DNA of 64,000 bases from Antedon mediterranea (taxonomy: Eukaryota; Animalia; Echinodermata), in NCBI RefSeq assembly GCF_964355755.1, contig NC_092670.1:25344795-25408794 (forward strand), given 5' to 3'. A program made the position numbers and the translations under genes. Shown piece after piece: positions 1 to 13,497 of this stretch; the first letter of the stretch is position 1; every line of letters starts with the position of its first letter. The notes beneath the pieces are model-generated. The model saw nothing but the letters and a program-made list of their open reading frames with translations, was not told the origin of the DNA and searched no databases.

Positions 1-2614
1 GTATAATCCTATTTGTGATAAGTACGACCTGTCTTCATTGAAATCAGGTAACGTTCAGTCACCATGAAAGGCAAATCTTATATATTTTGTTTATAGGCCT
101 ATTTATTTAAAATAAGTTTGGGGAATAAGCCGCATTTTAAAAAAAATATTTTTTTTATAAAAGGTTTTGCCGGTGGATCGCCGATTCCACCAGCTGTTAT
201 TTTCAAAATGAACGAAAAGCTTGGAATTCGCTTGTTGGTATGTACGACGTATTGAAATCGGGCGCTTGCTTAGCGTAACGAACGTCTGCGCATGCTTATA
301 CACCATTTGAAATTTTGTGACAATACAAAAACGTTTTTTCGTTTCTCGCCAGAATTGTTATGGATCAACAGAAACAACGACCATCAGTTCATTGACACAC
401 ACAGACAGTCGGAATGTTTGGAATACAACAGGACGTACCGTACCCAATACTGAAGTAAAGGCCCTACTTTTTTCAGATTATTTCATCCCCTATATTATAT
501 TTCTAATTCACTGTAATATACACTGAAGCTATTTTAAATCCTACATGTTTAGATTCAAATAGTTGACGAAGAAGGACGTCCCGTAGAAGTGGGAGAAAAA
601 GGAGAGATATGGTTACGAAGTCCGGTTGCGTTCAGAGGTTACTATGGTGATATTGAGAAAACAAAAGAGAAAATCACCGAAAACGGATGGATTAAAACGG
701 GGTACTATCACAACTTTATATTTACTAAATTAGTATAAGAATGTACATACAAAGTCAAATAAAGTTAATATAATATAATTTGGGTCTAATAAATAAATGA
801 CCAATTAAAGTAGTGAAGTTAAATGTAAATGGTGCTTTTTTCAGAGATCTTGGTAAGCTAAATGCAGATGGATACTTGACAATGGTTGGTCGAATTCAGG
901 TATTGTTATCAACTTTATATGAAGCACTAATATAGCCTACAGTATTCAGTATAGGTGGATCAGAGACTCTTCCATTTATTTATTTATTCTGGATCTGCCT
1001 CTGTTTGTCAAGTATAATTTCCTAAAAATCTGCCGACAACAAGTAAAGGTTCTGACCTCAAAAGTAATATTTTTTATATCTTCATCCCTGACACTGAAAT
1101 ACAGATAAATATTTATGTATATACGATTACTTAAGCATGTTTCACTCGATCGCGATTAACATATTAAACTTACTGTTTTGCAGGACACAATTTTTAGATG
1201 TGGTTCCAATATCCATCCATCAGAAGTGGAAAATGTATTAATGTCTCATCCTGCCATAAAAAGTGCTCAGGTAAGTGCATAACATCATTGTGTTTCTTCC
1301 AATCTGTCTTCATTAGACTTGGTTCGCCACTAGCGACGCAACGCAAGCACGTAACGTATAAGTGATTATTCGAAAAGTGGCTTGGCATTGGTCAACTCGC
1401 CTGTGTTCCGTCTCTAGTGGGAACCACGCTTTAATTACGAGATTATTAATACAGCTCTTTGGAGAAAACGAACAAGTTCTATTTTCCCAACGAAATATCA
1501 TTTAAATGCATTGCATTTTCCTAACGTTGAAAGAAAATAGCGAGCATTTGAATAAGAATACTGTAATTAAAAATGCGTTTTTCATAATTCCGACAGGTTC
1601 TACCAATACCAGATTACAGGATCGGTGAAGATGTTTCTGCATGTGTTACGTAAGTTTGTTTTCATTTCTCCCAAAACTAAAAATAACGTATAAAACATTA
1701 TTTTCTTTCTCTCAAAAACAACATAAGGACTATTTGTGAATAGTAACAATAATAATGATGATATTTAAAGCAAAATGAAATAAAATAACTACCAGAAAAT
1801 TACATAAATGTTAATAACAAAATGTATTGATAATTTTATTGTTTTGAGAATTGTATATATTGATATGTTATTTTAGAATAAATGAAGGGTACACTGTCAC
1901 CGAAGGAGAACTGAAAACTTTCTTTGAGGGAAAGGTAACAAACTTCAACTTATAAATAAACGTCGATTATTTTGTGAAAATACACCCGAGTGTATCCTTG
2001 CCATTTCATTGGTTAACTGCGAATCATGTACCGTTTATTATTTTGCACTAATTAACGTTTAACCTTACTATTAAATGTTTAGCTTTTTACTACTAGATGC
2101 TTTTTATTCGATGAATGGTGATAATAATTCAGCATTGACTGCTCTATTTAACTCAGCTCCGCCTCGTTAAAATAGACACCCAGAGCAGCAACATTATTAT
2201 TTTTTCGACAATCGTTTCTATCTATCTATTGCAGATGTCGGATTTAATCCAGCCGTCTTACTTCCTGATTTTTGACTCTTTTCCATTTGGAGCTACAGGA
2301 AAGGTACTGCATTGTTTGGTGCGACCAGACCCTTAAATGTTTTTTTAATATTTGCTTGTCATTCTAAAACTAGGCCTATACAACCGATATTACGAATGTA
2401 TTTTTGCGATATGTATGTCGTATTCATTATACCAGGGGAATTAAGCTTTTAATATTTATTCTCTTTTCGTTATAAAAGATGATGCAATATATGATAGAAT
2501 GATTCAATTTTGCTCTCTTTTTACTGTAACTTTTATTTACAGGTGGATCGTAAGAAGTTACAAGAGATGGCTATTGTTCGAATTAAATTACCAGACACGC
2601 CTTATGAAGAATAA
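1..2614 (+). CDS. ACSF2: Acyl-CoA synthetase (ACSF2-like, AMP-binding family), copy 1; 3' part only, 10 exons visible (1-47, 164-237, 353-454, 553-701, 845-899, 1184-1270, 1597-1649, 1877-1934, 2235-2303, 2543-2614)
   Basis: GT-AG exons splice in frame to ...GFAGGSPIPP...NCYGSTET...GEIWLRSPVAFRGYYGD...GWIKTGDLG...VGRIQD...NIHPSEVE...GATGKVDRKKL...EE*, the standard adenylate-forming enzyme motifs; TAA at 2612-2614. Subfamily assignment is by recollection. Confidence 0.85.
1318..1431. mobile_element. Short MITE (family A, TIR about GCTTGGTTCCCACTAG); related copies at about 14247-14372, 21941-22060, 39950-40070, 49700-49812
   Basis: Ends cttggttcgccactag...ctagtgggaaccacgc are imperfect inverted repeats; the same ends recur in several introns. 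Confidence 0.65.
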
Positions 2615-3669
2615 GGTTAAATAAAATATAACTTCTTATAAAGCGACCTGTTGAATTTCTGACTGACCCCTATCAGCTGCTGTTACGTAATTAAATGAAA
2701 ATAGCCTACAATGGTAATGGTGACGATGGTAATAAAAGTAGGCCTATTCAATTTGATACAGCTTGTAGCTGATTTCATGTTGATGATGAGATTGCACAAC
2801 CAAATTGTTCCAAAATAAAAATTTGCATTATCAATTCAACCTCACGAAAATCTCACATTATTCATTAATAACCAAGGAAAATATTCTTTGCTTGTCCTGT
2901 TGAGATAAATAATCATCGCAGAAACACCACCAGCATGCATATATATCGCCCTCCATAATCCTATATTAAATTATTACCCAGTGAAACGAAGTCATAGCTA
3001 TAGTAAATATGTACATGTAGTACAGGCTATATGTGACATTTATCCTATGTAACCTTGAAAAAATTCTAATAAAAGGTCTTTTGGTATTTTCTTGTAGCTT
3101 TAGGTGTGAATAAATACCAAAAAATTTTTGCAGCCTTCTAGTTGCTGCGTTAGTGAGATATTTAGGGTCAAAGGTCAGTCACCTTTTTGTGGCATTTGAT
3201 GGCTCATAACTCCTCAATTCCTGGGTTTAAAAAGACAACTGTGGTGTCTACATCTATGTTTTAGTGGTCAAGCAACAAAATAAAGTTTTTGCAAATTTCG
3301 GGTTACTTGTGCCATTGGTCAGATAGTCGGGTCAAAGGTCATTGACCTTTATTCATTAATAACTACTACTAGTTTAGGACCTCGGTAAGATTTGTATGCA
3401 TTCAATTTAGGAGAGAATATCTCAACTGTTATAGGATAATTAGACCCCAAGGAACAACATGGGATATGTGCCAAATTCGTTATCGGGGGCGAACATGCCC
3501 AAAATCGGGGTCAAAGGTTAGAAATGTGTGGTTCTTATATCTCGACAACCAAATCATACAGATTTGCTTTTGGTGTCAAATTGTTCAGAAAATACATATT
3601 TATATTCAGTCTAACACAACGTTTACCCCAAAAAATGACCGGAAATGCTTTTACTGACCTTTGACCAAA

Positions 3670-4350
3670 CTTACTTACTTAATGTCATCCCACTATTAAG
3701 TGGGTGCCATGATAATTTGTCTCCACACATCTCTATCAAGCATGCTCTTTCTCAGTTCACTCAGGTCTAGTTTGGTATCTTTCAACAGAATGTCGAGCGA
3801 AGTCAGTTGAGGTCTTCCCACTTTCCTTTTCTCTTCTGGTTCCCAAAGGAGAACTCTTGAGGCAGGCTCAGAGCTTCTCATAACATGACCGGCAAGGCCC
3901 ATGCGACGTCTTTGAATGATGGTCGTAAGACGGGGAAGGTTGGCATATAGTGTCTTGTTGGTGGCGTGTGAGGACCATGGGATGTTTTGGACTTTCCTCA
4001 GCATGCGGGTGTATGCTCCATCCAATGATTTTGAGAGCGATGAAGTAAGACTCCATGTCTCACAGCCGTAAAGAAGAATGGCTTCAACTGTTGACCTAAA
4101 GAGGCGGATTTTTGTGGACTTGTTGATACGAGATGCCCATATTTTTGAAAGACTGTTCAGCGCACCCCATGCTTGACTAAGTCTTGCTTCGACATCATGG
4201 TTAGTGGATGAACAGTAGCTTCCGAGGTACTTGAAATCCTCTACTTGTTCTATTGCTGAGCCATCCAGTGCGAGAGTTATAGAAGGTGATGAGGGGTTTA
4301 AATGTATGAATTGGGTCTTCTTGATGTTTAAGTATAAACCTATAGCTTGT
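3670..4350 (-). mobile_element. 681-bp inverted copy of the 3' end of the RTE LINE at 7058-7738
   Basis: ORF 3696-4421 matches ORF 6864-7712 from QAIGLY to IIMAPT* apart from one E/D change; same (TAAG)n tail and same flank. Confidence 0.92.
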
Positions 4351-4834
4351 TCCCCAAGGAACAACATGGGATATGTGTCAAATTCGTTATCTGGGGCGAA
4401 CATGCCCAAAATCGGGGTCAAAGGTTAGAAATGTGTGGTTCTTATATCTCGAAAACCACTTGTCATACAGATTTGCTTTTGGTGTCAAATTGTTCAGAAT
4501 ATACATATTTATATTCGGTCTAACACAACTTTTACCCAAAAAAATGACCGGAAATGCTTTTACTGACCTTTGACCAAAAAAACACATTTTCAGGTTAAAT
4601 ATTAAAAATGTCAATGGACACACTGTATGGTATCAAATGAAAGCATATACAATATGCTACCCATTGCTACCCAACTTGTATTTAATTATGTGATGTTATT
4701 TTTGGAAAATATGCATATTTTATTAAATTTAGACAAAAATGAGTATAAATTAATGTAAGTTTATTTTAGGTGAAATAATTCTAGCGTTGTAATGAAATAT
4801 TTGGTATAAAAAAGAAAAGACTTAGTTGTAGTTT

Positions 4835-5870
4835 ATTAAGTTCTTTATTTGGTAGACCAAACAAAATGGCATTGCAGTAGTCTAACCGTGATGTTATTAG
4901 TGCATGGACAAGTTTAATAAGCGAGGAGTGTGTTTGCGAATTGATCTTATGTTACGAAGGTGGTAGGTATCAGATTTACTAATGTTGTTGATATGTCTGG
5001 ACATAATCGTTGCTGAGTCAAATACAACTCCGATATATCTAACCTCCAACGATGATGTGATTGATGTTTCTAGCAATGGCCAATTTCTTGAAGTGTTTTG
5101 AATGAAGAAATAAGATTTCTGTTTTACCAGGTTTAAAAAGAGCATGTTTTTAGTTAGGCAATCCTGAACATCAACAACACAAGCTTCGAAAACCGATTTC
5201 GCCTCATTAAACTCTGCTGGATTAAAGCTGATGTACAGTTGTGTATCATCTGCGTACACATGATATTGGACACAATGTCTCTTAATGATATCACTCATGG
5301 GCGAGATGTAAACTAAAAACAATACTGGACCCAGTATTGATCCTTGAGGAACACCGCATTTCAGGTCGATAGAGGTGGATTTGACATTACCAATCCGGAC
5401 CTGCTGCTTCCTAGAAGACAAATATGACTTGAACCAATTTAGAGCAGATCCACATATACCCATAGACGAGAGTCTTGCAATAAGAATGGAATAGTCCATG
5501 GTATCAGAAGCTGCCGACAGGTCGAGGTACACAGAAAAAAGACAATTACCTTTATTCAGAGTTAAAATAATATCATTATGCACCTTGAGAATGGCTGACT
5601 CTGTACTGTGGTGCTTTCTATATGCTGATTGAAGAGGGTCGAACAGATTATTGTCGTCAAAAAAATGTATGAGATCTAAAGCAACGCATTTCTCAAGGAT
5701 CAATTAGATAAAAAAGCGACATTAGAAATAGATCAAAAATTTGCCATGCAAGTATGATCCAGTGAAGGTTTCTTTAAAATAAATGTAACTAGACCCAACT
5801 TCAAATCATCAGGAAAGGTCGTACCAGTTGATAAAGATAAATTAATAATAATTCTAAATACTGAAGTCAA
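4835..5870 (-). mobile_element. CR1/L2-clade LINE reverse transcriptase fragment in the foldback spacer
   Basis: ORF 4897-5703 with QSAYRKHHSTESA, LDLSAASDT, GVPQGSILGP, YADDTQLY; degenerate. Confidence 0.88.
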
Positions 5871-6030
5871 TTATGCACATTTTCCATAAAGTTATATTCC
5901 TAATTAAAAATTTCAATACAAGTTGGGTAGCAATGGGTAGCATGTTGTATATGCTTCCATTTTATACCATACAGTGTGTCCATTGACATTTTAAAGAATA
6001 ATTTAACCAGAAAATGTGTTTTTTTGGTCA

Positions 6031-7738
6031 TTTTTTTTCGATCAACCAGCATCGGCCAACAGCTTAAGATCTGCATGGCAACTTGTCAAACAACTCTCAG
6101 GGAAGAGATCTCAAAGTGCCTGCATCATGGGAGAGGATCGTCTTCTAGCATGGAAAACTCACTTCCACAAACTACTATCGGTGGAGACTTCCGTGGTAGA
6201 TGACATGGATATCGTCAAAATCTTCAACTTAACCACCAGATAAGCTCCGAGAGGTTCTCCGAGGCTGAGGTGTCAATTGCCTGCAAACAGATGAAATCTG
6301 GCAAAGCACCTGGTCTTGACGGTCTTCCCATCGAAATATGGAAATTACCTGGCACCCAGAAAGCTCTCACTTCTTTCTGCAATCAAATTCTTGATGGAAA
6401 CAGGCCATCAGAATGGGGAATTTCGTTCATATCCCGAAAAAAGGTGATCTTTCAAAACCAGATAACGACAGGGGTATTTCATTATCACAATTGGCTGCAA
6501 AGATCTACAATCGCCTGATTTTAAATAGGATACGTCCTGTGATTAATGAAGTTTTACGCCCCAACCAGAATGGCTTTCGTCAGGCACGATCAACAACTAC
6601 GCACATTCTTGCACTGAGGAGAATTGTTGAAGAGGTTAAGAACCATCACAAAGAGGCAGTCATTATCTTTATTGACTTTCGCAAAGCCTCCGATTCCATC
6701 AATCGCAACATCATGATGAAGATCCTCTTAGCATACGGCATCCCTCATAAAATTGTAGAAGCCATCAGAGTAATGTATATCAATACATCAGCAGTTGTCC
6801 TGACTCCAGATGGTGAGACTGATTGCTTCAACATCGACTCTGGCGTAGTTCAAGGAGACCCTCTTGCTCCATTCTATTGTCTGCCTTGACTATGTAGTGC
6901 GATCAGCAACTACATCATCAGACGGTCTCACCCTCCGCAGTAGTAGAAGACATCCAGCTGAAGTACTACCAGACCTGGACTTTGCCGATGACATCGCCAT
7001 TCTTGAAGATTCCATACATGCTGCCGAAAATCTACTGCACAGAATTCAACAAGCCACACAAGCTATAGGTTTATACTTAAACATCAAGAAGACCCAATTC
7101 ATACATTTAAACCCCTCATCACCTTCTATAACTCTCGCACTGGATGGCTCAGCAATAGATCAAGTAGAGGATTTCAAGTACCTCGGAAGCTACTGTTCAT
7201 CCACTAACCATGATGTCGAAGCAAGACTTAGTCAAGCATGGGGTGCGCTGAACAGTCTTTCAAAAATATGGGCATCTCGTATCAACAAGTCCACAAAAAT
7301 CCGCCTCTTTAGGTCAACAGTTGAAGCCATTCTTCTTTACGGCTGTGAGACATGGAGTCTTACTTCATCGCTCTCAAAATCATTGGATGGAGCATACACC
7401 CGCATGCTGAGGAAAGTCCAAAACATCCCATGGTCCTCACACGCCACCAACAAGACACTATATGCCAACCTTCCCCGTCTTACGACCATCATTCAAAGAC
7501 GTCGCATGGGCCTTGCCGGTCATGTTATGAGAAGCTCTGAGCCTGCCTCAAGAGTTCTCCTTTGGGAACCAGAAGAGAAAAGGAAAGTGGGAAGACCTCA
7601 ACTGACTTCGCTCGACATTCTGTTGAAAGATACCAAACTAGACCTGAGTGAACTGAGAAAGAGCATGCTTGATAGAGATGTGTGGAGACAAATTATCATG
7701 GCACCCACTTAATAGTGGGATGACATTAAGTAAGTAAG
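6031..7738 (+). mobile_element. 5'-truncated RTE-clade LINE, frameshifted RT, with target-site duplication TTTGGTCA
   Basis: KAPGLDG, QNGFRQARST, FIDFRKA, GVVQGDPLAP, DLDFADD, LLYGCETW across ORFs 6270-7712; (TAAG)3 tail; TTTGGTCA at 6023-6030 and 7739-7746. Confidence 0.92.
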
Positions 7739-8429
7739 TTTGGTCAAAGGTCAGTAAAAGCATTTCCGGTCATTTTTTGGGGTAAACGTTGTGTTAGACT
7801 GAATATAAATATGTATTTTCTGAACAATTTGACACCAAAAGCAAATCTGTATGATTTGGTTGTCGAGATATAAGAACCACACATTTCTAACCTTTGACCC
7901 CGATTTTGGGCATGTTCGCCCCCGATAACGAATTTGGCACATATCCCATGTTGTTCCTTGGGGTCTAATTATCCTATAACAGTTGAGATATTCTCTCCTA
8001 AATTGAATGCATACAAATCTTACCGAGGTCCTAAACTAGTAGTAGTTATTAATGAATAAAGGTCAATGACCTTTGACCCGACTATCTGACCAATGGCACA
8101 AGTAACCCGAAATTTGCAAAAACTTTATTTTGTTGCTTGACCACTAAAACATAGATGTAGACACCACAGTTGTCTTTTTAAACCCAGGAATTGAGGAGTT
8201 ATGAGCCATCAAATGCCACAAAAAGGTGACTGACCTTTGACCCTCAATATCTCACTAACGCAGCAACTAGAAGGCTGCAAAAATTTTTTGGTAATTATTG
8301 ACACCTAAAGCTACAAGAAAATACCAAAAGACCTTTTATTAGAATTTTTTCAAGGTCAAACCATATATAGCCTCTACTAATAGTTTACTTGTTACCTGTA
8401 AAGCTCTGTCTACACTATCAAACTTTAAA

Positions 8430-11400
8430 GAAAGGGTCGATCGTTTATCTGTTATTGTTGGTGTCATCTACAAGGTCCTCTCTAGATGCAAATCATTTTA
8501 TTGAATCTTTTGTCCCTTTATGAAACAACTTTTCCAGTGAAAACAAACATATTTATTAGGAGATTTTAACATTGACATTTTAAAACATCAGTCCAATAAT
8601 CAGTCAAGACACTTTTTTTTTTCTCTTTTGTGGCGTGAACCACTACCTTTATTCTTTCATATCATAATTAAATACATTACAAATAAATCAGTAATATCTG
8701 TCTTCATATGTTCTTTCTTTAATTATATTGTTTTCCGTTAATATTCTACATTTTTCTTTATATTTTTCTGCTCAAAAAAAATATCAGTAATTTTTGTAAA
8801 TTTTAGTTTTTCACATATTGTTTCCAATATTATCCTCCTGCTTTCATGGTTTGTTATATTTATTCACATTGTACACAGACAATATACATACCGTATTGTT
8901 TCATACCCTGTTAATTCATACCATTTATATACATCTTATAGACATTATATACAAAGATATAAAACAACGTTTAATAAATTTATTAGGTACCGGTAACTCT
9001 TTTAACATTATATGAGCGTTAGTTTGTTCAGATCCTTAACAATAGACTTAAATACAATCCAAGAGTTTTTACACACTGGTTTGTTTAATTCAGTTAAAAT
9101 CTTAATGTTATATATTGAGAAGACAGCAATTGAATATAAGTCATTTTTGTATTCACAATCAGACCCTAAAAGAAGTTCTCTAAAAGAGCTTCTGCCATTG
9201 TCAATATTTAAAAAAATGTTATCTATGTTTGTCCATAAAGTTTTATTTCGTATGCATTCAAAAAACATAAGTCACATACATTATTCATTTTCACATTCCA
9301 CTTATGAAGCCTTTGATTAGTCGGAACAATTTTGTTCAACAGCTTGTAATTTAGTTGTGCATATTTTTTGGTTTTTTTTTCATTTTTCACTTTTTTTACT
9401 CCAATTTATTTTCTGAGTGTTAAAGGCCATATTCCATTTGCCCATTACATGCGGATAAATACATTTTTCTTTAATAAAGCACGAATATATAAGTTTTGTT
9501 TCCAGCATATAGGCGTCATTAGTTATGATGCACTCATCTTTTATATTTGTAGGCACGTTCTTGTTGTAATTTTTAATTATATTAATCCAATCTTTTGGAA
9601 TAGCATCAACTAAGGAAGCATATTCCATGAGCCAGTTTATTTTATTACGTAGTGTTTCAAGGATTTCATTAGATGTTTTCAAACGGTTAAAATTAATTAT
9701 ATCAAATATTTTTTTAAATCCTGAATCAAACCAATTTTTATAAAACAAAGACTTTTTTTTGTACACAATATATTTGTTTCCCCATAAACTTTGATTAACA
9801 ACTTCTTCATAAGTATTGATTTCATGGCAGCAGTTTTCGTTAAATTCAGTACAACATTGTATCACTTTTAAATAAAAAGAAGGAATGTTTTTCAAAGTAA
9901 TGCAATTTACCAGGTTAATATTTGACATACTAAAGAACAATCTTTCATTTCCAAACTTATTTATATAATATGTTGGTAATAGCTTCCATCTCACATGCTT
10001 TCTACATATTAATTTTCTCGCCCATGCAACCTTGAGCGCTTTGACCTGTAATGCAAAATCCGGCATATTAATACCTCCATCTTTTAGCTTGCCAATTAAT
10101 GTCTTTCTTTTAATTTTTTCCCCTTTTCCATTCCATAGGAAATCGTATGTCAGTTTATTCACCTGTAAAACAACATAATTTGGTACATCAATTATAGAGG
10201 CGTTATAAATTAGTTTAGATAAACCGAGACTCTTTAAAATTGTAACTTTTCCAAAATATGTAAGGTTTCTTTCTACCTTTCCACCTGTTGAGTAGTCTTT
10301 CTAAACTTAACAATTTATTAGCCCAGTTTAGTTCTTGACATTCATCTTTTTTATAACCTACATATATTCCTAAAATTTTAATTGGTTTTTTAACCCAATT
10401 TAAGTTACATGGTTTTTCGATTTTATTTATATTTCTACCAATCCACATGGCATTCGTTTTTCTTTTCTTAAGGCTCATACCTGATACTTTACAAAAGTTG
10501 GTAAGAATATTTAAACCTATCTCAATACTATCCTCATTCCCAGTAAAGATAACTGTGTCGTCCGCTAATTGAGCGATGCGTATTTCTTCATTTTGCACCG
10601 GGTCAGGGACAGCTATGCCTACAAAATTCACATCATTTCTTATATTACAGGCCATGATTTCTACAGTTAAAATAAACAATAAAATAAACAAAGGACAACC
10701 CTGTCTTATACCACTATTCATTTGAAAACTTTCAGAAATCCATCCATTATTTACAATTACACATTCGGTATTATTATAAATTGTTGATACCCATTTACGA
10801 AAAGAATCTCCAAAATTAAACTTCTTTAATACTTTGAACATGAATTCCCTATTCACAGAATCAAAAGCTTTACTAAAGTCAAGTGATAACATTGCACCAT
10901 CAATATCTTCATCTTTGGTATAAAATAGAATGTCATTAATTAATCTTATATTTTCACCCGCAAAACGCCCTTTAATATATCCTTTTTGATCATTGTCAAT
11001 TATATTTGCAATAATCTTTTTTAATCTTGTGCATAATATATGAGTTAACATCTTATAATCAGTGTTTAATAGAGTTATAGGCCGCCAGTTTTCTAAAATT
11101 TGTTTGTCACCTTTTTTATAAAGTAAATAGATCACTCCGCGTTTCTGCGTGTGACTCATTTCATTTTTGTTATAACATTCGTTTATGGCATTACAAGCAA
11201 TATGTTTGATATCATTCCAAAATAATTTATAGAATTCCACTGGCAATCCATCACATCCGGAGCCTTGTTTAGCTTCATTTTTTTAATAGCTTGTTCGCAT
11301 TCAGCTATTGTTATTGGGCCTTCACATACATTGTACTCATCTTCTGATAAAATATATACATTTGAATTATTTAAGTATTTGTTTATGTCCGCTGAGGGAA

Positions 11401-12910
11401 TATCCTTATTACTATATAATTGTTTAAAGAAATTTACTTCTTCACTAAGGATTTTCTGAGGTTTTGTTAATATTGTCCCATTTTCTTTTTTTATACTTTT
11501 TATGTTTTTTTGTACCGTTATTTTTCTCTAGCCAAGAAAATACTTAGTACTCCGTTCACCTTCTTCCATCCATTGTAGTCGTGAACGTATATATGCACCC
11601 TTCGCCTCCTTTTCATAAATTTTTTCTAGAACTTTTGTTTTTTCTTCAATTTCAGTCAGAATACATTCATTTTCACGGGTGCAAGTCTGGTCAATAGCTT
11701 CATTTAGTCAAGACACTTTGTCAACTTACTATTTAGTAATTTCTTCCTTCCTTTAATCCACAAACCCACCCGTATTACACAAACCTCCTCAACGTTAATT
11801 GATAACATAATTACCAACAATATTGAATTCCCTAATATGAATGGACTGATCTACAGCGACCATAAACATAAACTGTACTCTACATCTCTAAAATTCCCAA
11901 CTAAAAGAAATATAATTGAATACAAAAAAACCTAAATAAACTAAATTATGTAATAAAAAAAAAGCCTAAAAGGATTATTATCAAAATAATTTTACCAAAA
12001 AAGAGATGACATTAAGGTACCTGGAAAGTTATAAACACCTTAATTTAAAAACGCGTAGTGAGTGATCACGGTGAATCTGTAATTGACTGTGGGGGTTATC
12101 TTACAAATGACCCTACTACCATTTCCAACCACTTTACTTCGTAAATATTGGGCCTAACCTATAGCATCAAACATTAATACTTCTAATTTAAACTACAAAA
12201 CTTATCTTCCCTCTCCCATCCTAAATTATACATTTCTTAGTCCTGTTATCAGCGATTAACAACACTAAAATTAACAATCCATATCCGATCTCCAACCCAC
12301 TACATGCGGAGTCCCCCAAGGACCTGTTAGGCCCTCTACTGTTTTTGCTATATATAAATTATATTTACCTATCCTCAAATTTACTTTCATTCCTTTTATA
12401 TGCAGACGATACCACCATCCTCTATACTGACACAAATGAATGTAGATTCACTCCTTAAAGTTACCATTGATATCATACCCAGCATCCTTGATTACTTTTC
12501 TGCTAACAAGCTCTCCGTAAATTTTAAGAAGTGAAATATTATGATCTTTCGGAATTTACCCAAACCACCAATAGGACGTCCCAACCAACTCCAGTTGGGC
12601 ACTTACCAAATACCATTAGTGAATAAAACAAAATGTCTTGGGGTCTATTTAGATAGTAGATTGACATGGAAAGCCCATATTAACGAAATCGAAAACAACA
12701 TATCTAAAAGTTCTGGTATTATTTTTAGACTTCCAGCCTTTATTCTTCAAAACATCCTTCGTACTATCTACTGCTCCCTTATTCTTCCTTACTGCAATAT
12801 TGTCTGGGGCACTTATCTGTTGTACCTAAACAAACTTTTATTTACAAAAAAATTGTATTAGAAACATTTCGAACTCACCTCCAAGAGCCCACTCAGATCC
12901 GTTGTTTTCA
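8430..12910 (+). mobile_element. Old CR1/L2 LINE relic (endonuclease 8430-8615 and 11706-11900; RT remnants to about 12910) split by the L1/Tx1 insertion
   Basis: Removing the insert restores LLGDFNIDILKHQSNNQSRHFVNLLFSNFFLPLIHKPTRITQTSSTLIDNIITN; downstream GVPQG-like, YADDT and LGVYLDSRLTWKAHI remnants. Confidence 0.8.
8616..11705 (-). mobile_element. 5'-truncated L1/Tx1-clade LINE ORF2 with poly(A) tail and 14-bp TSD
   Basis: ORFs 10215-11246 (NWRPITLLNTDYK, LDFSKAFD, GIRQGCP, QLADDT), 9380-10162 and 9008-9268; poly-T at 8613-8622; AGTCAAGACACTTT at 8602-8615 and 11706-11719. Confidence 0.92.
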
Positions 12911-13364
12911 TAAAAAAAATGGTCAAATTGGCTGCCAGCCAATGGATTTTTGGTTGAATTTAACCATTTATTTTGTCATTTAATAAGTGAAAACATTTTT
13001 TTCTTTTCGTTTTTTTTTCTATGGAAGTGATTAACTAAACTACAAAATAGCATATTCAAAGTCTGATTTAATTAATCTTCATTTTCATGTTTTTGGGGGA
13101 CAATGCATATTTAAGCTAAAAAGGCATCTATTATCCATATACAATCACTGAATCTTAATAATATTAATTCAAATTTCATTTTCAATCGGTTTAATTTTGT
13201 TTACTTTGGCTATTTTTTTGTTTTGGTTTAAAAAAAATTAAATTGTACCTTATTTTCTAATTTTTGGCAGCCCTGGGTTTCACCGTTCTTATTTATAATT
13301 TTTTATCACAAACTCTGTAGGCCTACATAGAAAAGAAAAGAGAAATAAATGTTCTGAAATTACA

Positions 13365-13497
13365 AAAACTAGTTCGACAAAAAAGTGTGATGTGCCCAAA
13401 TATGGTAGTGATATGCTTAAATATGGTAGTGATATGACATCATCATGGCACATTACATTTTTTCTCACATAACGTTTGATAGTGTATACAGAGCTTT
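13365..13497. mobile_element. MITE family B copy (partial); terminal fragments also at 8401-8427 and 63365-63438
   Basis: Shares TGTGATGTGCCC, ATATGGTAGTGATATG and the TTTGATAGTGTAxACAGAGCTT end with the copies at 42340 and 51514. Confidence 0.7.

Larger units (their letters stand above)
3023..8374. mobile_element. Foldback-type non-autonomous DNA element with long inverted arms (left about 3023-3669 plus 4352-4720; right about 5870-6030 plus 7739-8374), carrying nested LINE fragments
   Basis: Arms are reverse complements; termini TA|CAGGCTATAT...ATATAGCCTC|TA; inner arm parts 4570-4720 and 5870-6030 also pair. Confidence 0.8.

Noticed and set aside
3696-4421. 241-aa ORF as an independent gene
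   Set aside because: Chimera of foldback arm sequence and the copied RTE 3' end; the N-terminal 24 aa are fortuitous.
3466-7942. Repeated 63-66 aa ORFs (MCQIRY...) at 3466, 4373 and 7751
   Set aside because: Chance ORFs in the repeated foldback arm, with no recognisable motifs.
8401-13497. MITE-B ends at 8401 and 13497 as the two termini of one 5-kb composite element
   Set aside because: Both correspond to the same end of the family consensus, and the 13365-13497 copy is nearly complete alone, so they are more simply separate insertions.
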